From positions 128,001 through 192,000 of the IMG/VR virus record IMGVR_UViG_3300033121_000493: 64,000 bases of DNA; one strand, 5' to 3'. The translations under genes and the position numbers were made by a program. This DNA comes from a virus (Duplodnaviria; Caudoviricetes). The stretch's first letter is position 1, and the number at the start of each line of letters is the position of its first letter. The notes below the pieces were generated by a model. That model was not told the origin of the DNA, searched no databases, and was given only the letters and a program-made list of their open reading frames with translations. Below are positions 1 to 8,714 of the stretch, piece by piece.

Positions 1-715
1 ATTTGTTACACGGAAATTTAAAACCTTTAGGGCACGGGTCATAACGTAAGCGTATTAACGTTTGATTACGGTTCTTAAACTGTCCAATAGCAAATCTATC
101 TATGTCCACAGCTTTAGCGTCAGTCTTAGACTTTACTAAAACAGCTAGTAGCCGCATACCGTACAAGTCATTTGGCGCTGTGTACTTATACTTGGAGCTA
201 GGCTGTAGTATGCCAATATCTTTGGCCATAACAAACAGAAATTTGCTAGAAAACCACTTCTCAAAAACTACTGGGCAAGCCTCACCGGCTATGACCTTGA
301 ATGTAACAATGAAGCCGAGTTTAGGCTCTTTGTGGCGAGACCAGCCAACTTTAACATGGACTATCTGTAGCGGCGCAAGTATTGGCTTAACCAAACCTTG
401 CCACGGCGGTATAACTTCATTTAACCGAAAATTGTCTAAGTTTGCAGCTATGCGCCAACACACAAACTCAAACAATTTCTGATTTATAGGCTCTGTAAAT
501 AGAGACGATATTGACGATAGCATAACCGGCAAAGACGGTCTAACTGTAAGCAAGTCTAAAAAGTCATTTGCCAACTCTATTTGTCGTTTAACATCGTTAC
601 GTAAATCTTCATTATCCCATTTATGCAGTAATCCAAAAACACCGCTATCGGTGCCGTGTAGCAAACGATTGGCTACCCTGGTAACTGTTGCAACATCGAA
701 TCGTTTATTTAGCAT
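1..715 (-). CDS. hypothetical protein, truncated by the window start
   Basis: Read manually: ATG at 715-713 opens MLNKRFDVATVTRVANRLLHG... with no stop before position 1 (...RYDPCPKGFKFPCNK); absent from the ORF track because it has no stop in the window. Confidence 0.75.
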   Translation of the reverse strand, partial: MLNKRFDVATVTRVANRLLHGTDSGVFGLLHKWDNEDLRNDVKRQIELANDFLDLLTVRPSLPVMLSSISSLFTEPINQKLFEFVCWRIAANLDNFRLNEVIPPWQGLVKPILAPLQIVHVKVGWSRHKEPKLGFIVTFKVIAGEACPVVFEKWFSSKFLFVMAKDIGILQPSSKYKYTAPNDLYGMRLLAVLVKSKTDAKAVDIDRFAIGQFKNRNQTLIRLRYDPCPKGFKFPCNK

Positions 716-748
716 AAAAAGTACGACGGGCTAGTTACCCGTCGTACT
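716..748 (-). terminator. intrinsic terminator downstream of nrdJ
   Basis: Perfect 11-bp stem AGTACGACGGG/CCCGTCGTACT with a 7-nt loop, followed by a T run on the minus strand, about 20 nt after the RNR stop. Confidence 0.75.
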
Positions 749-768
749 CCTATTAAAAGTCGTAATGT

Positions 769-3700
769 CTAGCAAGACGACTGTCCACAACTGTAGCACT
801 TTTTACAACCCTCTGCTATCACTAGCGTGCCGCGACAATTAGGCGACGGACACGGCGTAGATAGCATGTCTACGGCGTTGATCTTTCTTGAAAGATCTTT
901 AACTACACTAGTAGGCGCTGTACTACTCGGCGACGAACAATTGTTGCCGTCACTAGCGGATAGACCTAATCCACTCCACGGCATACACGTAATAAGTCCA
1001 TCTGAATTGCGACAATCTATTGTCGCCGCGTAGTAGGCTAGTAAGCCAGCAGCTATTTCATTAGGAAGACTAGTAGTAAGCCCATTAACGTTATGCTTCT
1101 CGCCTAAAGACTTACCACCGCTCAACTGATCAATTATCACTTCTAGTCCTGCGCCAGTCTGAAGCAACTTGCTACACAAACGAGCAACGGCGTCTAGCAT
1201 GGCGTTCAACGGATCGCCACTGCGCCCAATCTCAAAGAATACCTGGCACTCTCGCCAAGTACCGTCTGGCAAGCTTTCAAACGAAACGTTGATATGCATA
1301 GTACCGTAAGTACACTTATGCTTGTAGTACAAACCAGGCATAAGCGTCGGCATGGTAGATAGCTTTTTATTAGTAATAGGTGGTACCTCTTCTTTATCCT
1401 TTGCCGCTTGCTTGAGCGCCATAGGCTGCCCGGCCCTACAATTATCGCGGTACACCGTCACGCCTTTGCACCGCAAATTGTAAGCAGTGATATAAGCGGT
1501 ACGTACATCATCAAGTGACGCCGACTCGGGTAGATTGATCGTCTTAGAAATAGCACTAGTCACATGCTCCTGGAAAGCAGCCTGCATCTTAATATGATCT
1601 TCAGGAGATATATCTCTAGCTGACCGCAGAATGTTCTTGATGTTGTCAGGAATGTCAGGACAGCCCTGTACCGTACCATTCGTAGCTACGTACTCATACA
1701 CTTCTGGCTTATCAAAACCATATAGCTTAGCGAGCGCTTTAAAGTTCTTGTTAACTTCAACCAGTTTCTTATCACCAAGAACATAACGATAGAACGCAAA
1801 ACTAAACAACGGCTCAATACCACCAGAACAATCAGCGATAATGCTGATAGTACCAGTAGGAGCAACCGTCGTGACGCACGCGTTACGAATAGGCGCACCG
1901 TTAAGGCGTTTTGGCCAAACACTCTTATCGTAGTTAGGGAACGCTCCACGCTCCTTCGCTAGATTGATACTGGCGTTAACAGCTCGGTTGTTGATAAACG
2001 ACATCAAGTTACGACCGAACTCAATACCTTCTGGCGAGTCATAACGAATGCCTAGCTGCACCAGCATGTCAGCAAAGCCCATAATACCCAAACCGATTCG
2101 TCGATTAGCGTCGTTAGCGGCGACAATTTCCTTTACAGGGTGATTGTTTACGGTAACAACATTATCTAGGAATCTAACAACCATATCGACGTCGTCACCA
2201 AGTGCGACCATGTCAACGTCGTCAAACGATCCCTGTTCGGTGATTCTATCGGTAATTGGCTTAACGTACTTAGCAAGGTTTATTGATGCTAGGTTGCAAC
2301 TTTCCCACGGGCCAAGTGGCTGCTCCCCGCAAGGATTTGTGGCCTGAATCGGCATAACATCTGGTAGCGCCTCAGTCTCTCGTACGCGAGAAATAAAGAA
2401 CAAACCAGGCTCACCAGTCTGCCACGCATTCTTAAGAATGATATCAAATATATCACCAACGCTTAAGCAATCGCTGATATCTGTAGTTGTGTCAGGCACT
2501 AAGTCGCTAAGCTGATAGCAAGTATCAAGCGTGCGTGGATGCACCTTACCGGAGATACCATCCGCTACCGCAGTCTTACATTTATCAACAATAGCACGAG
2601 GAATATACCAATTCTTATCCTTCCAGCTAACAACGTGTAGAGCAGCAGGATTTTCTTTCAACTGCTCCATAAAGCTATCTGGAACTTTGACTGAGATATT
2701 GTAATTCTCAAATTGCTTGAGGTCTTGCTTAGCAAATAGGAACTTAACTATATCTGGGTGGTGGACCGACATGACAGCCATGTTGGCTCCACGTCTAAAG
2801 CTTCCTTGCTGAATAGCACTGGTTGCCTCGCTGAACACACGCCAAAAAGACAATGGACCACTGGACTTTCCACCAGAGCTAGCCACGTATTGTCCGCATG
2901 GGCGTAGCTCGTCAAATGCGTAACCTGTGTTATGTACAATAGCCGGTAGGCCGCCACAGACAACAACATAACGAGAAAACTCACTAACAGTCAGATCATA
3001 CAAATCTGTGGCTACATCAGACGTCACCTCTTTGACAGATATAGCGTTAGCCAAATGCGATATAGCACTATCGTCAAGATTATCAGCAATGCTACTAAGA
3101 TTACGCCGTGAAGTAGACTTAGTCTGCGAATATACTAATGACTGTACATCAGGACCGCTACCCAAAGTTCCTCGGGTATCGCTACGCGTACTATCAAATT
3201 TTCCACTAGCCAAAATCTTATCGCGTACCCAGTCAGGCGTCTGGACCACACGGCTATCTGGAGACGCTAACCAATTTACTAGTCTATCTTTACGAAATTT
3301 CCTGTTTAACAAAGCTGGCAGCCAGGGTACATCGTGTGCCGCAAACGTAACTTCATAGCAATTACGTGTACCACGTTTACCCGGCAAACGCTCGCGCAGA
3401 CGTGTAGGACAGCCAAGAACACCAAGAACACCTTGTACACGCTCACACAGCTCGCGATGGACGGACGAAATAGAAACTCTCGGTCTGCTAGCTTCAACAT
3501 GTCCATCACTGTCTATTAGACCAGCGATGTAACTAGCCGCCTCATGTAACGAGGCTGGATTAAAACCAGGTATATCATTCTTAGCGCCAACACCAATCCA
3601 CTGTTTAGCTTCGGCTATTAGACTTTTATCTAATACCGTTAATTCATACACAGTTGCACCCGAAGCGTGAACAGAATATGGCTTACCACACAAATTAAAC

Positions 3701-4566
3701 ACGTAATCTTTAACAACATTTAACGTTGCTTCGTCGCCAGAAAAAATGCGCAGCCTGTCTGGACGACCATTCTTACCCTCTGATACTAGACCATCGCCTA
3801 CAATCACACCTGCAAGATACGCACGCTGGTCTAATTCTATCTGATTCGTGTACGGGGTGGGCCGGACAAGCGCCGTACCAGCTCCTGTGTCTTCAGCCGG
3901 TACAAATGACGGCCCGTCTTTACCTACAACAAAACACGGATGCTCTTTACTGGCTGTTAGTGTGCCATATGAGGTAGCAATATTGCGCGTCTTTTTATCA
4001 ACAAATCGCCAAACACGCGTAACTGGTCTAAAGCAAATTTTACCGAAATTATCGGCGGTTAGAACTTCTATATCCTTAACGTCTACGAAAACGCCATCTA
4101 CGTCCGGACGCGGCAAAATAGCACAAAGATCTGCAATGCGGGTAAGACCCTTACCACGCACAAATACTTGAGCATCACCGGCCACACATCCACCGCCTGC
4201 GCGTTGGACTAGCCCTGTCGCCTTAACAGAATCAAAGATGTTGTCTATAGAATCGCCAACAGGCAACACATAACACGCGCTAAGCAGATTGTTATTTCTA
4301 CCAGCGTTCATGAGAGTAGGCGAGTTGGGCATAAATCTGCCCTCAAGCATACCATTAAGGAACCGCTGGTACCACAGCTCCTCATCAGCGTCATTCTGTT
4401 CGGCTGACGCTACGTAGCGCGCTACGCGCGAGAAAAGCCCAAACGGCTCTTCTGTTAAAACGCCATCTTTTCTATTAAGATACCTGTCTTTAAGAACAAC
4501 CAACGCATTTTCTGTCAGCATAGGGACAGCAGGATCTACCACTACCTCAGTAGCAACTTGAGACAT
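769..4566 (-). CDS. nrdJ: class II (adenosylcobalamin-dependent) ribonucleotide reductase, intein-containing, with C-terminal TSCPD-like/zinc-ribbon extension
   Basis: FMPNSPTLMNAG, LSACYV, RRGANM, TGEPG, TNPCGEQPL, CNLASINL, RRIGLGIMG, APTGTIS, ISKTINLP, KGVTVYRD and terminal EGCKKCYSCGQSSC; GGAG RBS upstream; no small-subunit gene nearby. Confidence 0.95.
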   Translation of the reverse strand: MSQVATEVVVDPAVPMLTENALVVLKDRYLNRKDGVLTEEPFGLFSRVARYVASAEQNDADEELWYQRFLNGMLEGRFMPNSPTLMNAGRNNNLLSACYVLPVGDSIDNIFDSVKATGLVQRAGGGCVAGDAQVFVRGKGLTRIADLCAILPRPDVDGVFVDVKDIEVLTADNFGKICFRPVTRVWRFVDKKTRNIATSYGTLTASKEHPCFVVGKDGPSFVPAEDTGAGTALVRPTPYTNQIELDQRAYLAGVIVGDGLVSEGKNGRPDRLRIFSGDEATLNVVKDYVFNLCGKPYSVHASGATVYELTVLDKSLIAEAKQWIGVGAKNDIPGFNPASLHEAASYIAGLIDSDGHVEASRPRVSISSVHRELCERVQGVLGVLGCPTRLRERLPGKRGTRNCYEVTFAAHDVPWLPALLNRKFRKDRLVNWLASPDSRVVQTPDWVRDKILASGKFDSTRSDTRGTLGSGPDVQSLVYSQTKSTSRRNLSSIADNLDDSAISHLANAISVKEVTSDVATDLYDLTVSEFSRYVVVCGGLPAIVHNTGYAFDELRPCGQYVASSGGKSSGPLSFWRVFSEATSAIQQGSFRRGANMAVMSVHHPDIVKFLFAKQDLKQFENYNISVKVPDSFMEQLKENPAALHVVSWKDKNWYIPRAIVDKCKTAVADGISGKVHPRTLDTCYQLSDLVPDTTTDISDCLSVGDIFDIILKNAWQTGEPGLFFISRVRETEALPDVMPIQATNPCGEQPLGPWESCNLASINLAKYVKPITDRITEQGSFDDVDMVALGDDVDMVVRFLDNVVTVNNHPVKEIVAANDANRRIGLGIMGFADMLVQLGIRYDSPEGIEFGRNLMSFINNRAVNASINLAKERGAFPNYDKSVWPKRLNGAPIRNACVTTVAPTGTISIIADCSGGIEPLFSFAFYRYVLGDKKLVEVNKNFKALAKLYGFDKPEVYEYVATNGTVQGCPDIPDNIKNILRSARDISPEDHIKMQAAFQEHVTSAISKTINLPESASLDDVRTAYITAYNLRCKGVTVYRDNCRAGQPMALKQAAKDKEEVPPITNKKLSTMPTLMPGLYYKHKCTYGTMHINVSFESLPDGTWRECQVFFEIGRSGDPLNAMLDAVARLCSKLLQTGAGLEVIIDQLSGGKSLGEKHNVNGLTTSLPNEIAAGLLAYYAATIDCRNSDGLITCMPWSGLGLSASDGNNCSSPSSTAPTSVVKDLSRKINAVDMLSTPCPSPNCRGTLVIAEGCKKCYSCGQSSC
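2929..4188 (-). mobile_element. 420-aa intein with LAGLIDADG homing endonuclease in NrdJ
   Basis: Splits the conserved GGG|TG motif: begins CVAGDAQV, block B TASKEHP, LAGLIDADG motifs YLAGVIVGDG and YIAGLIDSDG, ends YDLTV...IVHN followed by Thr(+1). Confidence 0.95.
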
Positions 4567-4586
4567 TTTTTACTCCAACTGGCTAA

Positions 4587-4871
4587 TTATGAATAAGTTT
4601 GTTGCGTTAAATCGCGTTTATTGATTACAGCAAAAACAGATACCGCAAACGAGTAAGTACAGTCATCGACTTGTGCCTCTGTAATAGTAGACACTGGCGA
4701 GGAAATTACGGCGTGGCTGTCAAGGGCCAGAAAATCATTAATCTGACTCGATATAGGTCTACTAACCAAAAAATTGGCAGTTTCGTTTAGCAACGAGCCT
4801 TTTACAGGCCGTGAAATGCGTTTTTCCGAAAACCGTACTACACGAATGCCACAAAGTTTCTGCTGTGTCAT
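4587..4871 (-). CDS. hypothetical protein
   Basis: 94-aa ORF with GAGG RBS between a predicted promoter and nrdJ. Confidence 0.6.
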   Translation of the reverse strand: MTQQKLCGIRVVRFSEKRISRPVKGSLLNETANFLVSRPISSQINDFLALDSHAVISSPVSTITEAQVDDCTYSFAVSVFAVINKRDLTQQTYS

Positions 4872-4900
4872 ACAACTTTCCTCGTTATTAGCGGTGCGGC

Positions 4901-4929
4901 ATTATAGCAAAAACGACTCAAGCTACAAA
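4901..4929 (-). promoter_or_regulatory. sigma70-like promoter (extended -10) upstream of the 94-aa ORF and nrdJ
   Basis: Minus strand TGC-TATAAT at 4909-4901 with TTGTAG 16 nt upstream. Confidence 0.55.
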
Positions 4930-5198
4930 GCCACGAGATAGGTATCGTCGGCGATTGTGAACGGTCCACTTAATCCATACGTCACAAAATTGAAAAGAAA
5001 GCCACACAACTTGCACTCTATGTACTTATTCGCGTGCGCGGTACTAACAATTAATTTAGAGTTTTTACAAAACGGGCAACCGTTCGTAATAACGTCATCG
5101 ACTATAACGTATTTGTTTATGTCTGGTAGGTATATGCATAGAGACAGGTCTTTAAGCATAGCTGCTTCTTTTCTAATGGACATATCGCTGTCTCGCAT
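4923..5198 (-). CDS. small zinc-ribbon protein, array member
   Basis: CPFC...CKLCGF; C-terminus DDTYLVAL. Confidence 0.7.
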   Translation of the reverse strand: MRDSDMSIRKEAAMLKDLSLCIYLPDINKYVIVDDVITNGCPFCKNSKLIVSTAHANKYIECKLCGFLFNFVTYGLSGPFTIADDTYLVAL

Positions 5199-5517
5199 AT
5201 CTGGAACATAAAGCGTACGTTAAAATATTGTTCGGTAACGTGAAAGTGAATAACAAAAAATCAGCGGGATACATATCCTTGGCGGTTACCAACACTACAG
5301 AAAAACCACAGGTAGAACATTCAAAATCAACGAATTCCCTAACGCGTATGAGGTCACAGTTAATGTCTAGTGTCCATGACTTACTCTTTTTAAGCGATAT
5401 ACTACCGCGGCATAGCCAACATTCCGTAGCTAGACACAGATCTTCGATTTTGATAGCTAGCTGGATAGAGGCTTCATCTATGGTTAGTATGTTGTTTACA
5501 ACACGACACGTTGCCAC
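5173..5517 (-). CDS. small zinc-ribbon protein, array member
   Basis: CWLC...CSTCGF; tail ILTYAL. Confidence 0.7.
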   Translation of the reverse strand: MATCRVVNNILTIDEASIQLAIKIEDLCLATECWLCRGSISLKKSKSWTLDINCDLIRVREFVDFECSTCGFSVVLVTAKDMYPADFLLFTFTLPNNILTYALCSRYARQRYVH

Positions 5518-5528
5518 TACGGATTGAC

Positions 5529-5891
5529 CTACTCAGCTGAGCAACCGAGAAGATATGGTAAAGTGGTATCGTATATTGATACGATTGCAATATCACGATG
5601 ACCGTAACTGTAACCGTAACTATTGTAGTACATTATAAATACATCAAAATTACACACCGTACAAACAGACTGCCTAGTGGCAGAATATACGAATATCTCC
5701 GTACGCCCACCACATAACGCACATGTCGGGTATTCGTCGTTAATATACGCACGCTTAAATTTATACACACTATCCGAGTACGTAAAGTAGAATGAATCTT
5801 CATCAACCACAAGTCGCCATGTTTTTGAATCAGCAAACCAACCAGGCTCAGAAATATATTTAGCTACTAGTTGCTTCGCTTCAGGTGACAC
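5529..5891 (-). CDS. small zinc-ribbon protein, TLPYLL family
   Basis: FYFTY..VYKF, CALC...CTVCNF, YDTTLPYLLG. Confidence 0.8.
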   Translation of the reverse strand: MSPEAKQLVAKYISEPGWFADSKTWRLVVDEDSFYFTYSDSVYKFKRAYINDEYPTCALCGGRTEIFVYSATRQSVCTVCNFDVFIMYYNSYGYSYGHRDIAIVSIYDTTLPYLLGCSAE

Positions 5892-6255
5892 GTGCTATAG
5901 ACTCGTAGGCTAGGAGGTATGGTAAAGTGGTATCGTATAGATCGACGAATAAAATGGCGCTATAGGTAAAGCCACTACAGACAGTACTTCTTTCGCGCCT
6001 ATGTGCTTTAATTACGCTGAAATCACATATATCACAAAGATAGTGAACGCTATTAGGGTACTCTAATGTCGTAACTAGCCCGCCGCAAAGTAGACAGTTT
6101 TGACCCTGCAAGCGGCTAAATTTGTACGTATTACCTAAATACTTAAACCAAAACGATTCCTCGTCAGTATTAAGACAATATGTACTTCCATCTCCAAAAA
6201 TAGGATTAGAGGCATATCTAACTACCAGGCGTGAGCTAGTCGACACGTGTGACAT
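5881..6255 (-). CDS. small zinc-ribbon protein, TLPYLL family
   Basis: FWFKYLGNTYKF, CLLC...CDICDF, YDTTLPYLLAYE. Confidence 0.8.
   Translation of the reverse strand: MSHVSTSSRLVVRYASNPIFGDGSTYCLNTDEESFWFKYLGNTYKFSRLQGQNCLLCGGLVTTLEYPNSVHYLCDICDFSVIKAHRRERSTVCSGFTYSAILFVDLYDTTLPYLLAYESIARVT
5902..5939. repeat. 38-bp exact direct repeat, copy 1 (copy 2 at 6603-6640)
   Basis: CTCGTAGGCTAGGAGGTATGGTAAAGTGGTATCGTATA identical at both sites; encodes YDTTLPYLLAYE. Confidence 0.95.
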
Positions 6256-6592
6256 TCTTACACGCTAATAAATACGGTAAAGTTCCTGCAGCAAGCCACA
6301 TTATCTCCATACACCGTATATCTCCTGGGCTCCTGCCGCTCCAGCCAAAATAACAACATTGACACTCCTCATAGTAATAATCAGCTGCTATGTGGCCCAT
6401 CATTGTTTCTAGCCGCGCGTCGCCTCTACATACCGGGCAAGTGGGCCAACCAGAAAATTTGAATTTATATCGATATTCGCCATATATAAACGAAAACTCA
6501 TTGTAGTCTTTATCTAGACGGCTAAGTAAAGAAGTATTCGTAGAGTCATTGTTTACCGAATAAACTGCAATAGTCTCGCTATCCGGTAACAT
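6236..6592 (-). CDS. small zinc-ribbon protein, TLPYLL family
   Basis: FSFIYGEYRYKF, CPVC...CQCCYF, GTLPYLLAC. Confidence 0.8.
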   Translation of the reverse strand: MLPDSETIAVYSVNNDSTNTSLLSRLDKDYNEFSFIYGEYRYKFKFSGWPTCPVCRGDARLETMMGHIAADYYYEECQCCYFGWSGRSPGDIRCMEIMWLAAGTLPYLLACKNVTRVD

Positions 6593-6929
6593 TCGCTGTA
6601 GGCTCGTAGGCTAGGAGGTATGGTAAAGTGGTATCGTATATCTGTACACCAGTAACTTCAAAAACTGGATTAGCATAAGTACCGGCTAGCATCGAAATCC
6701 GGACTACGTACTCAAAGTTACAACAGCTGCATGCTACTACAGCATACAGGGTCGTAGGGTTAAAGCGTAGCTTAGTACCACATAACTGACATTTTTCAAA
6801 TTCTTTAATACGGAACGTATATGCATTTCCTAAGTATTTAAACCAGAATACTTCATGGTTGTCCGTTACTAAACCAGTTGCACCGTTAAATAGTACAAAA
6901 GCACTTGTATAGCTAGCTACTAGTTGCAA
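6579..6929 (-). CDS. small zinc-ribbon protein, TLPYLL family
   Basis: FWFKYLGNAYTF, CQLC...CSCCNF, YDTTLPYLLAYE. Confidence 0.8.
   Translation of the reverse strand: MQLVASYTSAFVLFNGATGLVTDNHEVFWFKYLGNAYTFRIKEFEKCQLCGTKLRFNPTTLYAVVACSCCNFEYVVRISMLAGTYANPVFEVTGVQIYDTTLPYLLAYEPTANVTG
6603..6640. repeat. 38-bp exact direct repeat, copy 2
   Basis: Identical to 5902-5939. Confidence 0.95.
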
Positions 6930-7314
6930 TGTCCGCAGGCTCGTGCGCTAGAAGATATGGTAAAGTTGATGTCCGTATACACGCTGTTTTTATCTGGTAT
7001 GGCTGTGACCTAGTCGGTGTCGTAAACGCGGTATAGCCTGAAAAGCTAAAACCACAACACGTACAAAAATTATGGTCTACATATTGAAGGTCGCTAACAC
7101 CTGTGTGATCGAGTACACCATTACACACCGGACAGCAGTCAGTAGGCGGTTTAAACTTATAGCCGTATACCATGTAGTAGAACCAAAAACAGCCGTTATC
7201 CGCAATAAAAAGTTTCCCCCAGCCCGGATACGGCAAACACTTATCAGTATGCGGGATATCGCGCAGGGTAGCATACTGCGCAACAATAGCAGAAGAAGAT
7301 AAGCAGTCGTTCAC
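6913..7314 (-). CDS. small zinc-ribbon protein, TLPYLL family
   Basis: FWFYYMVYGYKF, CPVC...CTCCGF, STLPYLLAHE. Confidence 0.8.
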   Translation of the reverse strand: MNDCLSSSAIVAQYATLRDIPHTDKCLPYPGWGKLFIADNGCFWFYYMVYGYKFKPPTDCCPVCNGVLDHTGVSDLQYVDHNFCTCCGFSFSGYTAFTTPTRSQPYQIKTACIRTSTLPYLLAHEPADIATSS

Positions 7315-7637
7315 GGTGTGCTCTCAAGACCAAGAAGATACGGAAGAGCTTCAGGAGCTAGTATCAACGTCAATAAATAGGTTTCCTTTATAGCCCAGTA
7401 AGCAGTTTTACATACTGTACACCTCACAGAAAACTCACCTGTGAATATTGGACTAATTTGGCTTAATGTATCACCTTTACATATAGGACAGTGATTACGT
7501 GGTAAAAAATTCTTGTTAATAGTGTATTTACGCTGAGCGTACATAAACGATATAGTATCGTCGGTTTGTGCTAAAATTTTAGATTCAAGACTACTAGTAA
7601 AAGCCGCATACCTAACTAGTTCGTCGTAGCGTTGCAT
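7311..7637 (-). CDS. small zinc-ribbon protein, TLPYLL family
   Basis: ISFMYAQRKY, CPIC...CTVC, ALPYLLGLE. Confidence 0.75.
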   Translation of the reverse strand: MQRYDELVRYAAFTSSLESKILAQTDDTISFMYAQRKYTINKNFLPRNHCPICKGDTLSQISPIFTGEFSVRCTVCKTAYWAIKETYLLTLILAPEALPYLLGLESTP

Positions 7638-7651
7638 TTTTGATTAGCGCA

Positions 7652-7972
7652 CTATAGTGTCATCACATACAGTCTAAACGCGAGCTCGTTATGTAACTTG
7701 ACTGTAAACTTAGGTACATTATTTAGATTATACCCTAATACCGCTATGCCACACGTTGAGCACGCCGCCTCGAAGGTATCAAGAGTATCAAGAACAAAAT
7801 AGCTTACTGGTGTACCGCACATCGCGCATCGGTGATAAAATAACTCTGAACACACATCAAATTTTTTCAATATCTTTTTACCAAAGCGTATAGTCACATG
7901 GGCTATGTGCGGATCATTTTTGTCTACGTGTATATTTGCTACAAGATCAGCTGTTAGTAACTTTTTTATCAT
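7652..7972 (-). CDS. small zinc-ribbon protein, array member
   Basis: CAMC...CSTCG; divergent tail. Confidence 0.7.
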   Translation of the reverse strand: MIKKLLTADLVANIHVDKNDPHIAHVTIRFGKKILKKFDVCSELFYHRCAMCGTPVSYFVLDTLDTFEAACSTCGIAVLGYNLNNVPKFTVKLHNELAFRLYVMTL

Positions 7973-7977
7973 ATAGA

Positions 7978-8367
7978 CTACTGTTTACCGGCAAACCCGA
8001 GCAAGTACGTGAGGCTGTCAATTGTCAGCTTCTCCAGAGAGAACACACCATCTACTATAGTAGCGTAATAGTATAGATGACATTGATTACACGTACCAAA
8101 AACAATCGGCGCAGGCTTATCCGCAAACGGGCCAAGCGTAATTCTAGCCACACCTACGACGAACGCCGCGCCTTCTGTATCGCCGACTCCGACTTTGTAC
8201 ATATCTTTTAGCGGTAGAGTAGCTGAGATATACCGGTCTGACTGACAAATAGGACAACGCCCAGTAAACTCGGTGAACGCTGAAATAGGTAGTTTACCTA
8301 CTTCTACACCGTCAGCCAGCAGAGTTACGGAGCATGCCTCTAAGTCTACGGCATACGCTATCGTCAT
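7978..8367 (-). CDS. small zinc-ribbon protein, array member
   Basis: CPIC...CNQC; tail DSLTYLLG. Confidence 0.7.
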   Translation of the reverse strand: MTIAYAVDLEACSVTLLADGVEVGKLPISAFTEFTGRCPICQSDRYISATLPLKDMYKVGVGDTEGAAFVVGVARITLGPFADKPAPIVFGTCNQCHLYYYATIVDGVFSLEKLTIDSLTYLLGFAGKQ

Positions 8368-8713
8368 TATTCGTACACTCTTCGTTTGCGTTTTTTGCTG
8401 CTATAAATATATACGTTAAATCTTCTATCATACACTTTTCTACACTTATAAACTGCGTTGCATTAATCTTACCTGTTAGTAATAAGCCACAATTCCTACA
8501 TGAAAAAGTAACATGATGCCCATTATGACGACGAAATGCTTTTTTCTCCCACACGCAATCCAAGCTAGTGCATACAAAGCACTTAGGAGAAGCGCGGTGG
8601 CGGTAACGCTGCGGTGTCCAGCTTTCTGGCGGTAACGGCAGTTCAACAAAGTATACCTGGTCGTATACTAAAAATGACCTTGTTCCAACAAGCGCCCACG
8701 AAAGAGTCGTCAT
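8312..8713 (-). CDS. small zinc-ribbon protein, array member
   Basis: CFVC...CRNCG; EDLTYIF; start moved to ATG 8713, directly after the thyX stop. Confidence 0.7.
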   Translation of the reverse strand: MTTLSWALVGTRSFLVYDQVYFVELPLPPESWTPQRYRHRASPKCFVCTSLDCVWEKKAFRRHNGHHVTFSCRNCGLLLTGKINATQFISVEKCMIEDLTYIFIAAKNANEECTNNDDSVCRRLRGMLRNSAG

Positions 8714-8714
8714 A

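Noticed and set aside
5911-5918. Perfect AGGAGGT on the plus strand (anti-SD on the mRNA) within the repeat
   Set aside because: Explained by Tyr-Leu-Leu codons, absent from the other paralogs, and followed only by very short plus-strand ORFs
5902-6640. 38-bp repeats as a CRISPR array or DGR template/variable repeat
   Set aside because: Only two exact copies 701 bp apart inside coding sequence; no spacer periodicity, no adenine-specific mismatches and no cas or reverse transcriptase gene in the window
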